A stretch of 64,000 nt of DNA from a virus. Under the pieces are notes generated by a model. It worked only from the letters and a program-made list of their open reading frames with translations, did not search any database and was not told the origin of the DNA. Positions 18,086 through 28,420 of this stretch are shown here, piece after piece; the first letter of the stretch is position 1; every line of letters begins with the position of its first letter. The position numbers were made by a program, and so were the translations under genes. The DNA is taken from positions 11,478 through 75,477 of IMG/VR virus record IMGVR_UViG_3300037092_000015. One strand, given 5' to 3'.

Positions 18086-18385
18086 TCAGCCGAAGCAATC
18101 GCTGGTGGCAAACTCTTGGCCGGCGTTCGGAAGGAAGTTTGGCAGCGGAGAGCCTTGGATGTTCGTCGAGTTGATGTTGTGCAACCAAGCGTTGCACGTT
18201 TTCCCGGGTACCGTCGGGTCCACCAGGAACTTGAGGGCCAGACCAGCACCGCTAGGGAACAACCCTAGGCAGAACCGTGGCGCGAATTTGAATGTGATGG
18301 GCTGTGCCACGTCGTATTTTATGGCCAGCGCGTGTGTTTCAACTATCATAGTTTGTTCTTTTGTTGTTTGTTTGCTGTAGATCAA
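18086..18385 (-). CDS. Hypothetical protein
   Basis: ORF; probable start at the internal MIVETH. Confidence 0.5.
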   Translation of the reverse strand: MIYSKQTTKEQTMIVETHALAIKYDVAQPITFKFAPRFCLGLFPSGAGLALKFLVDPTVPGKTCNAWLHNINSTNIQGSPLPNFLPNAGQEFATSDCFG

Positions 18386-18501
18386 GGTGCAATCTTCACT
18401 GCCGCGTTGCTGGTTGTCCCGTCGTCGGTCCAGCTATAATACAGAAAATGGTTGCTGGTTTGGGTTTCATCGTCTGTTTCCGATTCTTGATGTGGATGGT
18501 T

Positions 18502-18524
18502 CATAAATCAATGTCCAACATGCA
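18502..18524. repeat. 23-bp direct repeat, copy 2
   Basis: Identical to 15939-15961. Confidence 0.9.
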
Positions 18525-18560
18525 TATTTGCTTTGTTCTTTCTTGTTGTTCTGTGATTGT

Positions 18561-21404
18561 TTACTGCACCTTCATTATTATCCCATTGGTGATGCAAAGT
18601 TGGTTTGGAGTCGTTCCCACCACCCCCGTAAAGATGCTTGGACCGATATTCCGAAAACTCGCTATAGTAATTCCCACCGTTGAGGCAGCGGTTAGCGTAT
18701 ATGTTGAGTTGTCTGTGTCCAATCCGGGGCCAGAAATTAACCACTGATCTGGATTCTCCGCACTGCCGGGTGTCCAAAAGTACGTCGCCGTCTCTGGGTA
18801 AACCAGCGACAACCCTACAGACCCAGGAACGTCCGTTGCGAACATCTTTATGTTCGCTTCCAAGTCGGTATGCTCCAACATTGAACAACCCATTTCTGGG
18901 TCGTCGCTAATTACTTGTCTCCCAAACGTGGCAAGGCACAAAGCACACTGGTAAATATGGCCCCCGAAGAACGTAGTGTTTAAGCCCAAGTGATCTACGA
19001 CCGCCGCCCCGAGTGAATAAACACTTGTAGATGGCCATGTAGGCTGGGCGCTGAGAACGTCGCCAACCACCTTAACGCCAATGCTGTCAAACTTAGCAGA
19101 GTAAAATTGTTTGTGATCTGAACTGCAATCCAGTCCAGTGGCCAACCAGCAGAAGAACGGACTTTGCATCACAAAAATATCATCCCCGCCAGTTCCGCCC
19201 ACCAACCCTACCAAAGCCGGGGCAACGGAAATATCCGGCAATCCCCACTCATCTGGGCCAACGTCTTTATGGCCCGTGAAGTGGCACCCGTTGATGTGAG
19301 TGGTTGTTTCATTCACAATTCTTAACAGCACGTTGTTGGTGTTGGCAACGGCGGTAAAGCGGATATTGTTTAACTCCACGTTGAACGGCCAAAAAACGGA
19401 GTCCGAACCGGCCAACGTGATGCAGTTCGTTCCAACTAAGTTGCCAGCGTAGATAAACTTCGTCGAGTAGCCCGACATTCCATCCATCCTGATTGATGCT
19501 TGCTTGTTGTAGTTTGAAAACCAAAGCACGTTGGTAAAGTAGAAGTCCCCCAGTCCGGCCTGAATCGCTACCTGCACCACGAAGTTAGAAGTAGATGCCG
19601 TGTTTATTGCTTCTTGGAGTCCGCACGTTGATGTGCCAGGCGTGTCCGGCCCAAACTTCAAACCGTCGTTGATGTTTGTGGACAGTCCGTTAGCGATGCC
19701 TTTCGACGAAACCGTAACAAAAGGACTTGCTCCACTCGTCACGCCCCCGCCACTATTCCCACCACCGCCCGAAAGATTGGTGGCGTTGACCCACGTGCTG
19801 CCGTTCCAGAAATATCCGTTAGTGGAGTAGCTGTTCGCCACCGCCAGCGTCCCCGTCCCCAGGTCCACCGAGCCGTGAAAGGTTCCGCCTTGAGTGACCA
19901 TGCTTGACAGCGTGTTGGTTGGCACTTGAGCCCAGTCCACTACAGGTTGCGGTAGCCGTGGTATGGCGACGGAGCCCATAATCTGAGCATAGAACGTAGT
20001 ATTCATCATGTTGGATGTCACCGTCCCGTCGTTAATTGCGGCAATGTTTGCCATTAGTTCGATGGAGCTTGAGTTCAGGTTGGTGGGGTCAACCGTGTAG
20101 GCTTGTAGCATTCCGATTGCCAGCGCGTTCTTTTGGTTGTTCGTCACCACCGCCGATGGTATCGCTGCCAGTGGCACCTTGCCGCTAGTCAAGTTGTTCG
20201 CGTTCAAGCTGGTGATAGCCGCCGCCGCTGCAAGCTGCCATGCGTTCGTCACAGCAGGACTTACCCCTGACGCGTTAGTAGCTGTTCCGTAGAGAGGTCC
20301 GTAGAAAGCGCCAGTGATGACCGCTGCCGTAGGCGGGTTCGCAGCCCACGCGGTCGTGACCGGGTTTGTAGCTGGTGGCGTGAAGCCAAGGATGCCGACC
20401 AGTTCCGCCGCCGTCTGGTTCACTACCCCCGCGTGCCCGTTGATAGACACCACCCCGGCAGTGTTGCTGGCTACCAGACCCGCCAGCGTGTTGGACATGC
20501 CTACCGTATAGACAACGTTGTTCGATACCAGCCCTGCAACCGCGTTGCTCACCGCCATGCTGTGCGTAGCCGCGCTCGCGTCTGCGTATCCATTCACGCT
20601 GGCAGTCGTCAGATCGTCCAGCCCTTTGGCTATGTCAGCGAACGTCGCGGTGCCTATCAGGCTTCCGTTAAACTGATTCGCCATCACGCCATCAACAGAT
20701 AAGTCCGCCGGTGCTCCACTGTTGTCTGTCAACGTGAGCAATCCGTTGGTTGCGCTAAGCACCACATAAACGCCGGAGCTTGGCGCACTTTCGACGGTAA
20801 AATCCCCTGCGTTTATGAGCCTTGACAGCGTCGCGTTAGTTTGCCCGTTCACTAGCGCGTTCGTGCTGACGCCAGCCACCGCCGCCGCCAGCGCCCCGGT
20901 AGTCGCTAACGACGTGGGCGGCAGCGTCGCATACTGCGTCAAGTAAGGCGCCGCCGGTTGCGGCAAAAAGCTCAATCCGCCGCTCCCTTGCAGCGCGTAG
21001 CGTGCGTCGCTTGCCGTGCTTGAGTAAGGGTAGTCCTGCGGACGCACGATGTTCTGCGGTATCGCCGTCTCGTTAGCCTCCACCCTAACCCAGTCACCCA
21101 CTCCGCTGACGTGGTTTGTCGGCACAAGGAACCCCTGCGTCGTGGTCTCCGGCGGCCACTGTGCCGTCCATGAGTAGAGACCGACGCTCATGTTGGTCCA
21201 GTAGATTTGCCCGTTGGTGTCCGTAGTGTAGCTGCCTTGGTCGTAAGCCTTAGACTGCGCATTCGGATAGACCTTGAGAGGCGTCAGCACTACGCTCCTG
21301 CCTGGCGAACCAAGAGACAGCACCATGTCAGTTCCGGCAATAGCAGCCACCGGCGACCAAAGGAGCGTCGCCGCTGTCAATGCTGCCAGCACCATGTTGC
21401 GCAT
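18561..21404 (-). CDS. Tail fibre/spike-like protein with signal peptide and beta-helix-like C-terminus
   Basis: MRNMVLAALTAATLLWSPVAAIA; TN-rich; GLQEAIN motif preceding a beta-helix-like region; the ORF track starts at 21458. Confidence 0.7.
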   Translation of the reverse strand: MRNMVLAALTAATLLWSPVAAIAGTDMVLSLGSPGRSVVLTPLKVYPNAQSKAYDQGSYTTDTNGQIYWTNMSVGLYSWTAQWPPETTTQGFLVPTNHVSGVGDWVRVEANETAIPQNIVRPQDYPYSSTASDARYALQGSGGLSFLPQPAAPYLTQYATLPPTSLATTGALAAAVAGVSTNALVNGQTNATLSRLINAGDFTVESAPSSGVYVVLSATNGLLTLTDNSGAPADLSVDGVMANQFNGSLIGTATFADIAKGLDDLTTASVNGYADASAATHSMAVSNAVAGLVSNNVVYTVGMSNTLAGLVASNTAGVVSINGHAGVVNQTAAELVGILGFTPPATNPVTTAWAANPPTAAVITGAFYGPLYGTATNASGVSPAVTNAWQLAAAAAITSLNANNLTSGKVPLAAIPSAVVTNNQKNALAIGMLQAYTVDPTNLNSSSIELMANIAAINDGTVTSNMMNTTFYAQIMGSVAIPRLPQPVVDWAQVPTNTLSSMVTQGGTFHGSVDLGTGTLAVANSYSTNGYFWNGSTWVNATNLSGGGGNSGGGVTSGASPFVTVSSKGIANGLSTNINDGLKFGPDTPGTSTCGLQEAINTASTSNFVVQVAIQAGLGDFYFTNVLWFSNYNKQASIRMDGMSGYSTKFIYAGNLVGTNCITLAGSDSVFWPFNVELNNIRFTAVANTNNVLLRIVNETTTHINGCHFTGHKDVGPDEWGLPDISVAPALVGLVGGTGGDDIFVMQSPFFCWLATGLDCSSDHKQFYSAKFDSIGVKVVGDVLSAQPTWPSTSVYSLGAAVVDHLGLNTTFFGGHIYQCALCLATFGRQVISDDPEMGCSMLEHTDLEANIKMFATDVPGSVGLSLVYPETATYFWTPGSAENPDQWLISGPGLDTDNSTYTLTAASTVGITIASFRNIGPSIFTGVVGTTPNQLCITNGIIMKVQ

Positions 21405-21478
21405 AAACCTAACGTAACATTTCCCGCTCTTCAAATGCAAGCCTTTAGGCACGTTCATACGTTTTTATTTCTGATCTT

Positions 21479-22711
21479 TCAAGCCGCCATGTTGTAGTCG
21501 CTCGGATTCGTCGGCCTGTCTTTCTGAGTGAACAAGTCCGGGTCCCAGTAGCCGTTGAACACAATGACCCACTTGTGCTGGGTAGCCCAGAACGTCCTAT
21601 CCCGCATTGGCTGGTCTGGCTCCCGCCGGCAGCTCATTGACACCATGCCGCCAGAAGTCCCGTCGCTTGAATAGCACTGCGGGTTTATCCTTGCCATGTT
21701 GGCGAACATGCCGTCCACCATAGGAGTGTCTGAGTCGCTGGGCGGAAAGTGCGTGTCCCAGAAGTAGTCCGGAAGCGGGTTGTAAGGGTCGCTCTCCGGC
21801 CCTGCCCACCCGGACGAGTCTGGAAGTATGACGTAGCCGCCAGGATTGATCGGAATCGGCGTCCATGAGAACTCGGTCATCACGACTTGGAACCCGTAAA
21901 CCGGAGGCTGCTCTAACCCGCGCCAATACTTAGTGACGATCTCAAGCGCCGCCGCTAGCGCTAGCGCCGTTCCACTGACAAGCGCCTGCGTCCCGTCCGG
22001 TGGGTTGCCCCAGTTCTGCCACGATACATTCCCGTTAGAGTCTGGCGGCAGAGCCGTTGGAGGTTGCGGACCTACCCCGGAAGACGAGCCTGCTAAAGCA
22101 GCGTCCAAAGATGCCTTAAACATCGCGTGTATAGCATCCCTGAACGGCGCCGTCGTGTTCTCAAAGTAGTTTTGCAAAAGCCGAATCACCATCTGGTTCT
22201 GCTTCTCAGTGTCGCTGCCTAAGCCGTCCCCGAGGAAAGAGTAGAAATAGCGCGGGTGCTTGATTATCGAAAGCGCCAAGTCAACTGGAATTATTTCTAT
22301 CGTGTCCGGCGCTGTGTCGCCGCTCATCACTTCGTCCACTGTCTCAAGCGTGGCCTGGTGCGCGTCCTTGTAGCTGGCCACCGCCGAAAGCAGCTTGTGA
22401 AAGTAGCCTTGGCTGTCTGTGCGGATGATACCACGGTGCAGATTGTCTAGCTCCGTCAGGATAGTGTTCGCCCCGCCGTTGAACCTGTGCTTGATGGTTT
22501 GCTGCTCCGCGTTCTCGCACACGGGAGAATCTGGCTCCTCCTCTATTGGTCGGTTGGCTCCGTTGTCAACTGCCAGGCCCTGAGCCGACACCAGCACTTG
22601 TCCGTCTTCTGCCGCCGTCCCCCTGTTCACGTCCACGCCTTCTGCGCGGTCGTATCCGCACGGCAGCGCGTTCTCGTCGAACAGTATCGGTATGCCTGTT
22701 TCTGAACTCAT
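21479..22711 (-). CDS. Tail structural protein
   Basis: 410 aa, downstream of the tape measure gene. Confidence 0.55.
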   Translation of the reverse strand: MSSETGIPILFDENALPCGYDRAEGVDVNRGTAAEDGQVLVSAQGLAVDNGANRPIEEEPDSPVCENAEQQTIKHRFNGGANTILTELDNLHRGIIRTDSQGYFHKLLSAVASYKDAHQATLETVDEVMSGDTAPDTIEIIPVDLALSIIKHPRYFYSFLGDGLGSDTEKQNQMVIRLLQNYFENTTAPFRDAIHAMFKASLDAALAGSSSGVGPQPPTALPPDSNGNVSWQNWGNPPDGTQALVSGTALALAAALEIVTKYWRGLEQPPVYGFQVVMTEFSWTPIPINPGGYVILPDSSGWAGPESDPYNPLPDYFWDTHFPPSDSDTPMVDGMFANMARINPQCYSSDGTSGGMVSMSCRREPDQPMRDRTFWATQHKWVIVFNGYWDPDLFTQKDRPTNPSDYNMAA

Positions 22712-22718
22712 GCCATTG

Positions 22719-23750
22719 TCACGTCACGGTCAGCGTAGCGGCCCCGGTCGTTCTTGCACCCGCCGCCGCGTCCGTCGCCGTGCAACGGTAGAGGTTTCCA
22801 CTTAGACCGATGTTCGCGCTCCTGTCCGTGATTCCTGAGCTGGTGTTGGCCGGCGTCACTGTCAGCGTGCTTATCAGCCCGGTAGAGTCCGTGGCCAGCC
22901 CGTAAACGCCGCCTGCCGACACGTTGCTCCATGTGCTGCCGCCGTCCGCGCTCACTTGCCACTGAAATGCTAACGCAAGCTCGCTGCCGAACGAAGCCGC
23001 GAACGGAAGCCCAGCCGCCGCCGCTCCGCCTGCCAAAGTAGCGCCGCCCCATGCCATGACTGCCCCGGTGGACGACACCGTAGTTCCGTAAGCGTTGGCG
23101 GTTGCCCCGCTGGCCTTGGCAGTCACTTGAACCGTCGTGCCGGTCGCTACCGCCGTCACCGACGCGTTAGGCGACGTAGCTGTGGCTACATACTTGGAGC
23201 CAGCGCCAGTCCCCCCGTTGATGCAGGCCGCAAGGTTGGACAGCGTGAGCGCCAGCGTCGTGTCTATCAGCACGTTGCCAGCCGTCACTCCAATGGCGGA
23301 TACGAAGTGGTAAACCACGCTATTGATCGTCACCGTGTCGCCCGCCGTCGGCTGCGCCGTGGCTGTGAGCAGCCCTTGAGCGTAGAACGCGCCCGCTTGG
23401 CTTGCAGGGTTGGCCAACACCACCGGAGGCGTCCATGTAAGCGTGTTCTCTAGCATCACAGAAATCTGGTTCAGCACCGCCGTCAACCACGCGACGCCCT
23501 TAGCACCTACCCTGACGATGGACACTGCCGAGCTTCCTGCCCGCACGTTCTTCGGCCAGTTCGGGTTGAGTGCCGAACGGTAGCCTACCGTGGTCTGCTG
23601 CGAGTTCATCACCGGCGCTTGGTCTGCCACGCTGAACACCGCTATCACATCCCCGGCGGCCAGCGTCACCAGCGACGTGCCGCCAACGTCCTTAATGGTC
23701 TCCGTCCCTATCGCCACCCGCGCCAACTTGATTCCTGTTATCGTTGTCAT
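22719..23750 (-). CDS. Tail structural protein with Ig-like domain
   Basis: FQWQVSADGGSTWSNV...YRCTATD...ATLTVT. Confidence 0.65.
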   Translation of the reverse strand: MTTITGIKLARVAIGTETIKDVGGTSLVTLAAGDVIAVFSVADQAPVMNSQQTTVGYRSALNPNWPKNVRAGSSAVSIVRVGAKGVAWLTAVLNQISVMLENTLTWTPPVVLANPASQAGAFYAQGLLTATAQPTAGDTVTINSVVYHFVSAIGVTAGNVLIDTTLALTLSNLAACINGGTGAGSKYVATATSPNASVTAVATGTTVQVTAKASGATANAYGTTVSSTGAVMAWGGATLAGGAAAAGLPFAASFGSELALAFQWQVSADGGSTWSNVSAGGVYGLATDSTGLISTLTVTPANTSSGITDRSANIGLSGNLYRCTATDAAAGARTTGAATLTVT

Positions 23751-23760
23751 AGTTTCATGT

Positions 23761-25158
23761 TTACGGGGATGCCGCGCCGACTGGCTTCCAGTAAGGGTTA
23801 GGCTGGTTAGCGTTTACCCTTTGCAACATCTTTTCCAACACCGTCACGGTCTTGGCCGTGTTCTTAGCTGTCTGCGCTGCATGGCTGCCGCCACCCATGT
23901 TGCCTAGCACTAGACCTTGACGCTCCCACTGCGATACCTCCAATCGCTTTGCAGACACAGCCGGCGGAGGTATGTTGGGCATCACGGACTTGAGTATGTT
24001 CTGAACCCACTTGGGTATTCCAATCAATGACAGAAGGTTTAGATGGTGGGCTAACTTTGCAATATTCTCCGATCCGAATCGTAAATACTGGATAAAGATG
24101 TTCATCACTGGTGCAAATTGAGACGCAATTTCCATTTCTGCCGCGTGTAGGTTTAGTTTCATCACCTTCCACTCCCACGACATCGCGGTTAGACTTGGAA
24201 TTGACTCTGTTATACCACGCGTCGCCGTCTTTATTTGTGAGTTGAGAAACCTTACAGCTTCACCATACTGGATTACGTCATGCTCACTCACACCAATAAT
24301 GTCTGCTAGGTTCCCCATTTTCGTCACGTAACCCACCGGCATACCACCGGTCTGTAATGACTTGGCGTATATCCTACTTGCTGCATCTGCGGCTTCAAGG
24401 AATGCCCGCACCATCATTTGTATCGGTTTTATCGCTAGCGTGATCGCATATCTCCATAATCCTATAGCTACACGAACACCGGCCACTGCTGCCGTCAACC
24501 CGGCGAACGCGGCTTGCGGCTTTGACAGAGTCTTGTTAAAGAAGTTAGTCACCATTGACGCGAGGGTAGTGCCTGCCTGACCTTGCTGCTGTGGCTGCGA
24601 CTTCGGCAGCATCGGCGGCACAGCGGATGCCCACCAAGACGCATAGCCTGGGGCCTGCCCGCCAGATCCGATTCCTAACTGCCGATTAATCGTAGAGCCA
24701 AGATTAGGAACAACGGCGGCACGACCGCTACCAGCTTTCACCGCCGCCGCCTTCCTCGCTCTTTCAGCGTCCAGCGCCTCGCGTCGGGAACGTCTCTCCG
24801 CTTCTTGCGCTATGCGTGCCGATGGAGGTTCTACTTCATTCCTTCTGCGTCTAGCTTCCCGCTCATTATTATATTCTGCTTCAGCGTAGTCCCCCTCTGT
24901 TCTTACAGAAAAACCTCTATTTTGAAGGTCCCTAAACTTCCGCATCGCCGCCGTCAGCTTCACCACGCTCGCTGTCGTTTTGTCCACCCCGGTAGCCCCA
25001 GCCGCACCTTGCGCCGCCAAGTTTGGAAGGCTGATGCCACCCGTAGCTCCCGCCGTGCTGAGCTGCTTCTGGATATTGCGCCCCATCTGCGCCACCAGTT
25101 TTTTGTTCGCCGCCGCTTCGACTAGCATCAACTCTACAACTATGCGTCCATCAGGCAT
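23761..25158 (-). CDS. Tape measure protein (short)
   Basis: Ala-rich, helical, with hydrophobic segments; follows the frameshifted chaperone pair. Confidence 0.65.
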   Translation of the reverse strand: MPDGRIVVELMLVEAAANKKLVAQMGRNIQKQLSTAGATGGISLPNLAAQGAAGATGVDKTTASVVKLTAAMRKFRDLQNRGFSVRTEGDYAEAEYNNEREARRRRNEVEPPSARIAQEAERRSRREALDAERARKAAAVKAGSGRAAVVPNLGSTINRQLGIGSGGQAPGYASWWASAVPPMLPKSQPQQQGQAGTTLASMVTNFFNKTLSKPQAAFAGLTAAVAGVRVAIGLWRYAITLAIKPIQMMVRAFLEAADAASRIYAKSLQTGGMPVGYVTKMGNLADIIGVSEHDVIQYGEAVRFLNSQIKTATRGITESIPSLTAMSWEWKVMKLNLHAAEMEIASQFAPVMNIFIQYLRFGSENIAKLAHHLNLLSLIGIPKWVQNILKSVMPNIPPPAVSAKRLEVSQWERQGLVLGNMGGGSHAAQTAKNTAKTVTVLEKMLQRVNANQPNPYWKPVGAASP

Positions 25159-25161
25159 TTC

Positions 25162-25416
25162 TTATATCTCGTTGCCGTGCATTATCTGCCGAATTTCACT
25201 CTTAACATAGCCGGGCGATGTACGCCGCAAGTTTCCACCCCACATTCGAGCCTCGTTCTCGACCGCCCACACGTAGAGCATCCACCCTTGCGCTCCTGTT
25301 ATTTCTTCGGCTATGTGCTGCTCTGTCATCTGCGGAAATGTCGCCATTATTCTAAACCGTTTTTCAAAAAGCCAACCCAGACCGTCTGTGGCCGAGCCGA
25401 CTATGTGCTGAAAGGG
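25162..25416 (-). CDS. Tail assembly chaperone T-like segment (-1 frameshift product)
   Basis: The -1 frame is open from C CCT TTC (25410-25416) through the 61 aa ORF 25162-25347. Confidence 0.65.
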   Translation of the reverse strand, partial: PFQHIVGSATDGLGWLFEKRFRIMATFPQMTEQHIAEEITGAQGWMLYVWAVENEARMWGGNLRRTSPGYVKSEIRQIMHGNEI

Positions 25417-26162
25417 TTTGCCGGGGCGTCCGCCGCCGCGCTCCCCTCTTTGCCGACTGGAACTTCTTCATGACTGACCGTGGTGCTCCAATACACTTTC
25501 ATTTGCTTGTCAATCGCTAAGTATAGTTCTAGCAGTTCTTGCGCAGTGCAGTCTCCGAACTCTGCTTCCGCCGCGTCTTTGAACAGTTCTAACCCGTTTT
25601 GCTGCTTTAGCAGCGTCCGCACCTCGCTCGGCTTGCGCGTTACCAGCATCGCCAGTTGCCACAATGACGCGCCGCGTGGAATGTAAGTGTCGTCCACGCT
25701 CGGCTCAGCCCTCTTTCCTCCAAGCTTTCCATACGCTTCCGCTACGTCAATCCAGAACTGGTCCCAGTCCACTCCCTTTTTATCCGTCTTCTTAGCGGCC
25801 AGTGTCTGCGCGACTTGCCCCTTGGCCTTCTCCCACAGCAAGTCGTCCACTACCCACACCGGCTTGCCCGTGACGTTGGCGATTAGCTCCTTGGTTTGTA
25901 TGCGCTCGATAGGGTGCTTCAACAAGCCAAGCCACTCGTAATGACGGTCACGGAACGGCCCGACAGTCCACTTGCCAACCTGAATGTCTTGGCATGGGTT
26001 CACCGCCGCCGCCGTTGGACCCGGCAGCGGTGCCACCAGTGCTACCCGCGCCGCATTGTCCACCTCTCCGTCCTTGGCCTCCTGCGCCGCTACAGCTTGC
26101 TGTATCGCCGCCGTCATTCCTTTGTTTGCTTCCATAGACTGCGCGTTACTGGCCTGCGTCAA
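25401..26162 (-). CDS. Tail assembly chaperone G-like
   Basis: Lies between the putative tube and tape measure genes; slippery heptamer just before the stop. Confidence 0.65.
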   Translation of the reverse strand: MTQASNAQSMEANKGMTAAIQQAVAAQEAKDGEVDNAARVALVAPLPGPTAAAVNPCQDIQVGKWTVGPFRDRHYEWLGLLKHPIERIQTKELIANVTGKPVWVVDDLLWEKAKGQVAQTLAAKKTDKKGVDWDQFWIDVAEAYGKLGGKRAEPSVDDTYIPRGASLWQLAMLVTRKPSEVRTLLKQQNGLELFKDAAEAEFGDCTAQELLELYLAIDKQMKVYWSTTVSHEEVPVGKEGSAAADAPANPFST

Positions 26163-26604
26163 CGAGGATGATCTTTTCCAGCTTCAAGTCCCGCTCTCCA
26201 GGGACTCCGGACGACGCCTTGTAAGGTGACTCCACGACAAATGCCGTTACTTGCGCTCCGATGCCGTAGCCGAAGTGGTTTGCCATGTCAACGATGGTTA
26301 TCGTGTCGCCGACCTGCGGGAATGTTACGTCCGTTCTGTCCCTGACAGTCAAGTCCCACATGCCGCCGTGTTTGATTATTGACCGGCCAACCTTGGCCCC
26401 GCTGCCCTGCTTGTAGTGCTCCAAGCTCGTGTCCTGAGATTGGTTGCAGGTGAGAATCGACAGCAAAGTCAACCCGTCCACGTCGCCTGCTTGCGCGTCG
26501 AGCGTCGGGAGCAGCCCGTCCGTCCCCCACCGAGACTTTGACACGTCGCCTTGCAGAATGATCTGCGAGCTTGTCCCGCCTGTTACTGGCCATGCAAAAC
26601 CCAT
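26146..26604 (-). CDS. Putative tail tube protein
   Basis: 152 aa, beta-rich; synteny only. Confidence 0.5.
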   Translation of the reverse strand: MGFAWPVTGGTSSQIILQGDVSKSRWGTDGLLPTLDAQAGDVDGLTLLSILTCNQSQDTSLEHYKQGSGAKVGRSIIKHGGMWDLTVRDRTDVTFPQVGDTITIVDMANHFGYGIGAQVTAFVVESPYKASSGVPGERDLKLEKIILVDAGQ

Positions 26605-26658
26605 ATTGTTCTCTCTTTCTGTTCTTGTGTTGTCTGTTTCTGGTTACGAACGTGCCTG

Positions 26659-26919
26659 CTAGCTGCTAGCAGGTTTCACGGGCTGCGACGCCTGCCGCTG
26701 TGCGCTCGGCGCGAACTGCTTGGACGCCTGCTCGATGTAGCGCCGCTCCGCCACAAAGAACTGCTTCCACAATTGATAGTCGATTGGGTCCTCGCCTGAC
26801 TCCTCAAACTTAGCCAGCGCCAGCTTGTCCTGCTCCAACGGCGTCGCCGCCTTGATTTCCACGGACGCGGCTGCCGCCGAACGTGCGCTTTTGATTAGAT
26901 CGAGATGTGTCTTCTTCAT
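26659..26919 (-). CDS. Hypothetical protein
   Basis: 86 aa ORF with AAGGA RBS. Confidence 0.55.
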   Translation of the reverse strand: MKKTHLDLIKSARSAAAASVEIKAATPLEQDKLALAKFEESGEDPIDYQLWKQFFVAERRYIEQASKQFAPSAQRQASQPVKPASS

Positions 26920-26931
26920 TGTTTCTGTTCC

Positions 26932-27369
26932 TTAGTTTGGCCACGCGCTGACCGTGACCGTGTTTGTTTGGACTGACATGCCCCTGGCATACAGCGTCAA
27001 GTTGGTCGCACTCGCATACCAGATGTAGGCGCCAGCCGCGTTGCTTGAAGGGTTCCACTGGGCCGTAACCGTCACCCAGTTGTTAGTGCTGCCGAGCGAC
27101 ACTTGGCCCCACACCGGCAAGTCGTTCGTGCTGGCCAGCGCCCCGGTTTGGACCGTGTAGGACTTGCTCGGAATGTTCACCGTCGTGAGCGCGAACGCCG
27201 CGGAATAGTTGGTCCCTGTCGTCAGCGTCGTTCCGCTGCCCCATATCAAGGATGCCTTCATCGAAAGCATCCCGGCTGCGAACGCCACCGCTAGCGCCAC
27301 CACCACCACTATCTTGCTTCTGTCTTTCATTTTGATTTTGTCTTTCTGTGTTGCCGTCATTTTCACCAA
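26932..27369 (-). CDS. Signal-peptide protein in head-tail region
   Basis: MKDRSKIVVVVALAVAFAAGMLSMKA-S; TN-rich beta protein; true start probably at an internal ATG. Confidence 0.6.
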   Translation of the reverse strand: MVKMTATQKDKIKMKDRSKIVVVVALAVAFAAGMLSMKASLIWGSGTTLTTGTNYSAAFALTTVNIPSKSYTVQTGALASTNDLPVWGQVSLGSTNNWVTVTAQWNPSSNAAGAYIWYASATNLTLYARGMSVQTNTVTVSAWPN

Positions 27370-27923
27370 GTTCCAACTTCCCCGATGTCGTTTGCCGTGG
27401 AAAATGTAAGCTCAGCCCCAGACAAGAACACGTTCGCCATGCCGGGCCTTGCCACCGGACGCAGCGGCATCCAGCCGTCGTAATGCAGCGGGAACTCTTC
27501 GCTCATGTTCGACATGCTCCGCACAGTGTCGCGCAGCGCCGCTATGCTCTGCGTCAAAGACTCCTTGCCGGGTGGCTGACCGTCAGCTTGCGGCAGCCGG
27601 TTCCTGAACCCGTGCCCTTGGAGCAGCACCACGAGCCAGCGCCGGTCGGCCCGGTGCGTCCGGTCCGCGTCCTGCAAGCTGACCCCAGGCCGCTGCTTTT
27701 CTCCGTTCAAGCACACCAGCACCGTCGGCTCGTCGTTGGCGACGGTGTAAACGTATTCCCAAAGGTGCGACTCGCCTTCCATGCTCTTGGTGTTAGGCTC
27801 AGCACTTGGCGCAACGCGGGGCTGAGTGAACATCTTGTCTATCCAAGAGCACAAGGCGTTCAACTGCCAGTCTTCCGTCACTGGCGGCTTTGGCATGTTC
27901 GGCCTGCGTTCACCCCAAGCCAT
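27363..27923 (-). CDS. Tail terminator/completion protein (Mu gp37 position)
   Basis: Synteny after the gpG-like gene. Confidence 0.5.
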   Translation of the reverse strand: MAWGERRPNMPKPPVTEDWQLNALCSWIDKMFTQPRVAPSAEPNTKSMEGESHLWEYVYTVANDEPTVLVCLNGEKQRPGVSLQDADRTHRADRRWLVVLLQGHGFRNRLPQADGQPPGKESLTQSIAALRDTVRSMSNMSEEFPLHYDGWMPLRPVARPGMANVFLSGAELTFSTANDIGEVGTW

Positions 27924-28420
27924 TATGAAAGCACCCCCTTCACCGCTAGCTTAGCCGCCTGCTCCACCAACCGCTTGGTCCTGTCGTTCACTTCGTCGTT
28001 GAACGGGTTCAACGGGAACACGCGCCGCGCCGGCAAGTCGCCAGAGCCAGGCTGCGTCCACCCGAAGTTGCCGGGGCTGCCGTGGTGGTGCGCCAGCGCG
28101 TAGGGCACCTGCCCGGTGTTGCCCATGCTCACTGTCGCCGCCCCTTCGCCGTTGGATTCCTTCTGTAGCGTAGCCTTGAGAGCGCCAGTGACGAACAGTG
28201 TGGCGAACGTCCGGCCAACCTTCTTCGCGTAGCGCGGAGACAGCGCCTGCCACTCGTTGCCACGGTCCCAGCCCGTGCTGCCAAAGTTGCTCTCCACCAC
28301 GCCAAAGAAAGTGTCCGCCATAGCCGCCTGAACCGGCTGCCGAACCTCTCCTAGCTTACGCGCAATAGCCGCGTGCAAGTCGCGCAAGGAGGAAGCGTTG
28401 ATTTGAAAGGTAGCGTTCAT
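27923..28420 (-). CDS. Phage virion morphogenesis protein (Mu gpG / tail completion S family)
   Basis: NF...WQALSPRY...LFVTGAL...PYALAHHHG...LPARRVFP. Confidence 0.85.
   Translation of the reverse strand: MNATFQINASSLRDLHAAIARKLGEVRQPVQAAMADTFFGVVESNFGSTGWDRGNEWQALSPRYAKKVGRTFATLFVTGALKATLQKESNGEGAATVSMGNTGQVPYALAHHHGSPGNFGWTQPGSGDLPARRVFPLNPFNDEVNDRTKRLVEQAAKLAVKGVLS

Noticed and set aside
15939-18524. Diversity-generating retroelement TR/VR pair
   Set aside because: The repeat is only 23 bp and identical, with no adenine-specific mismatches and no reverse transcriptase seen
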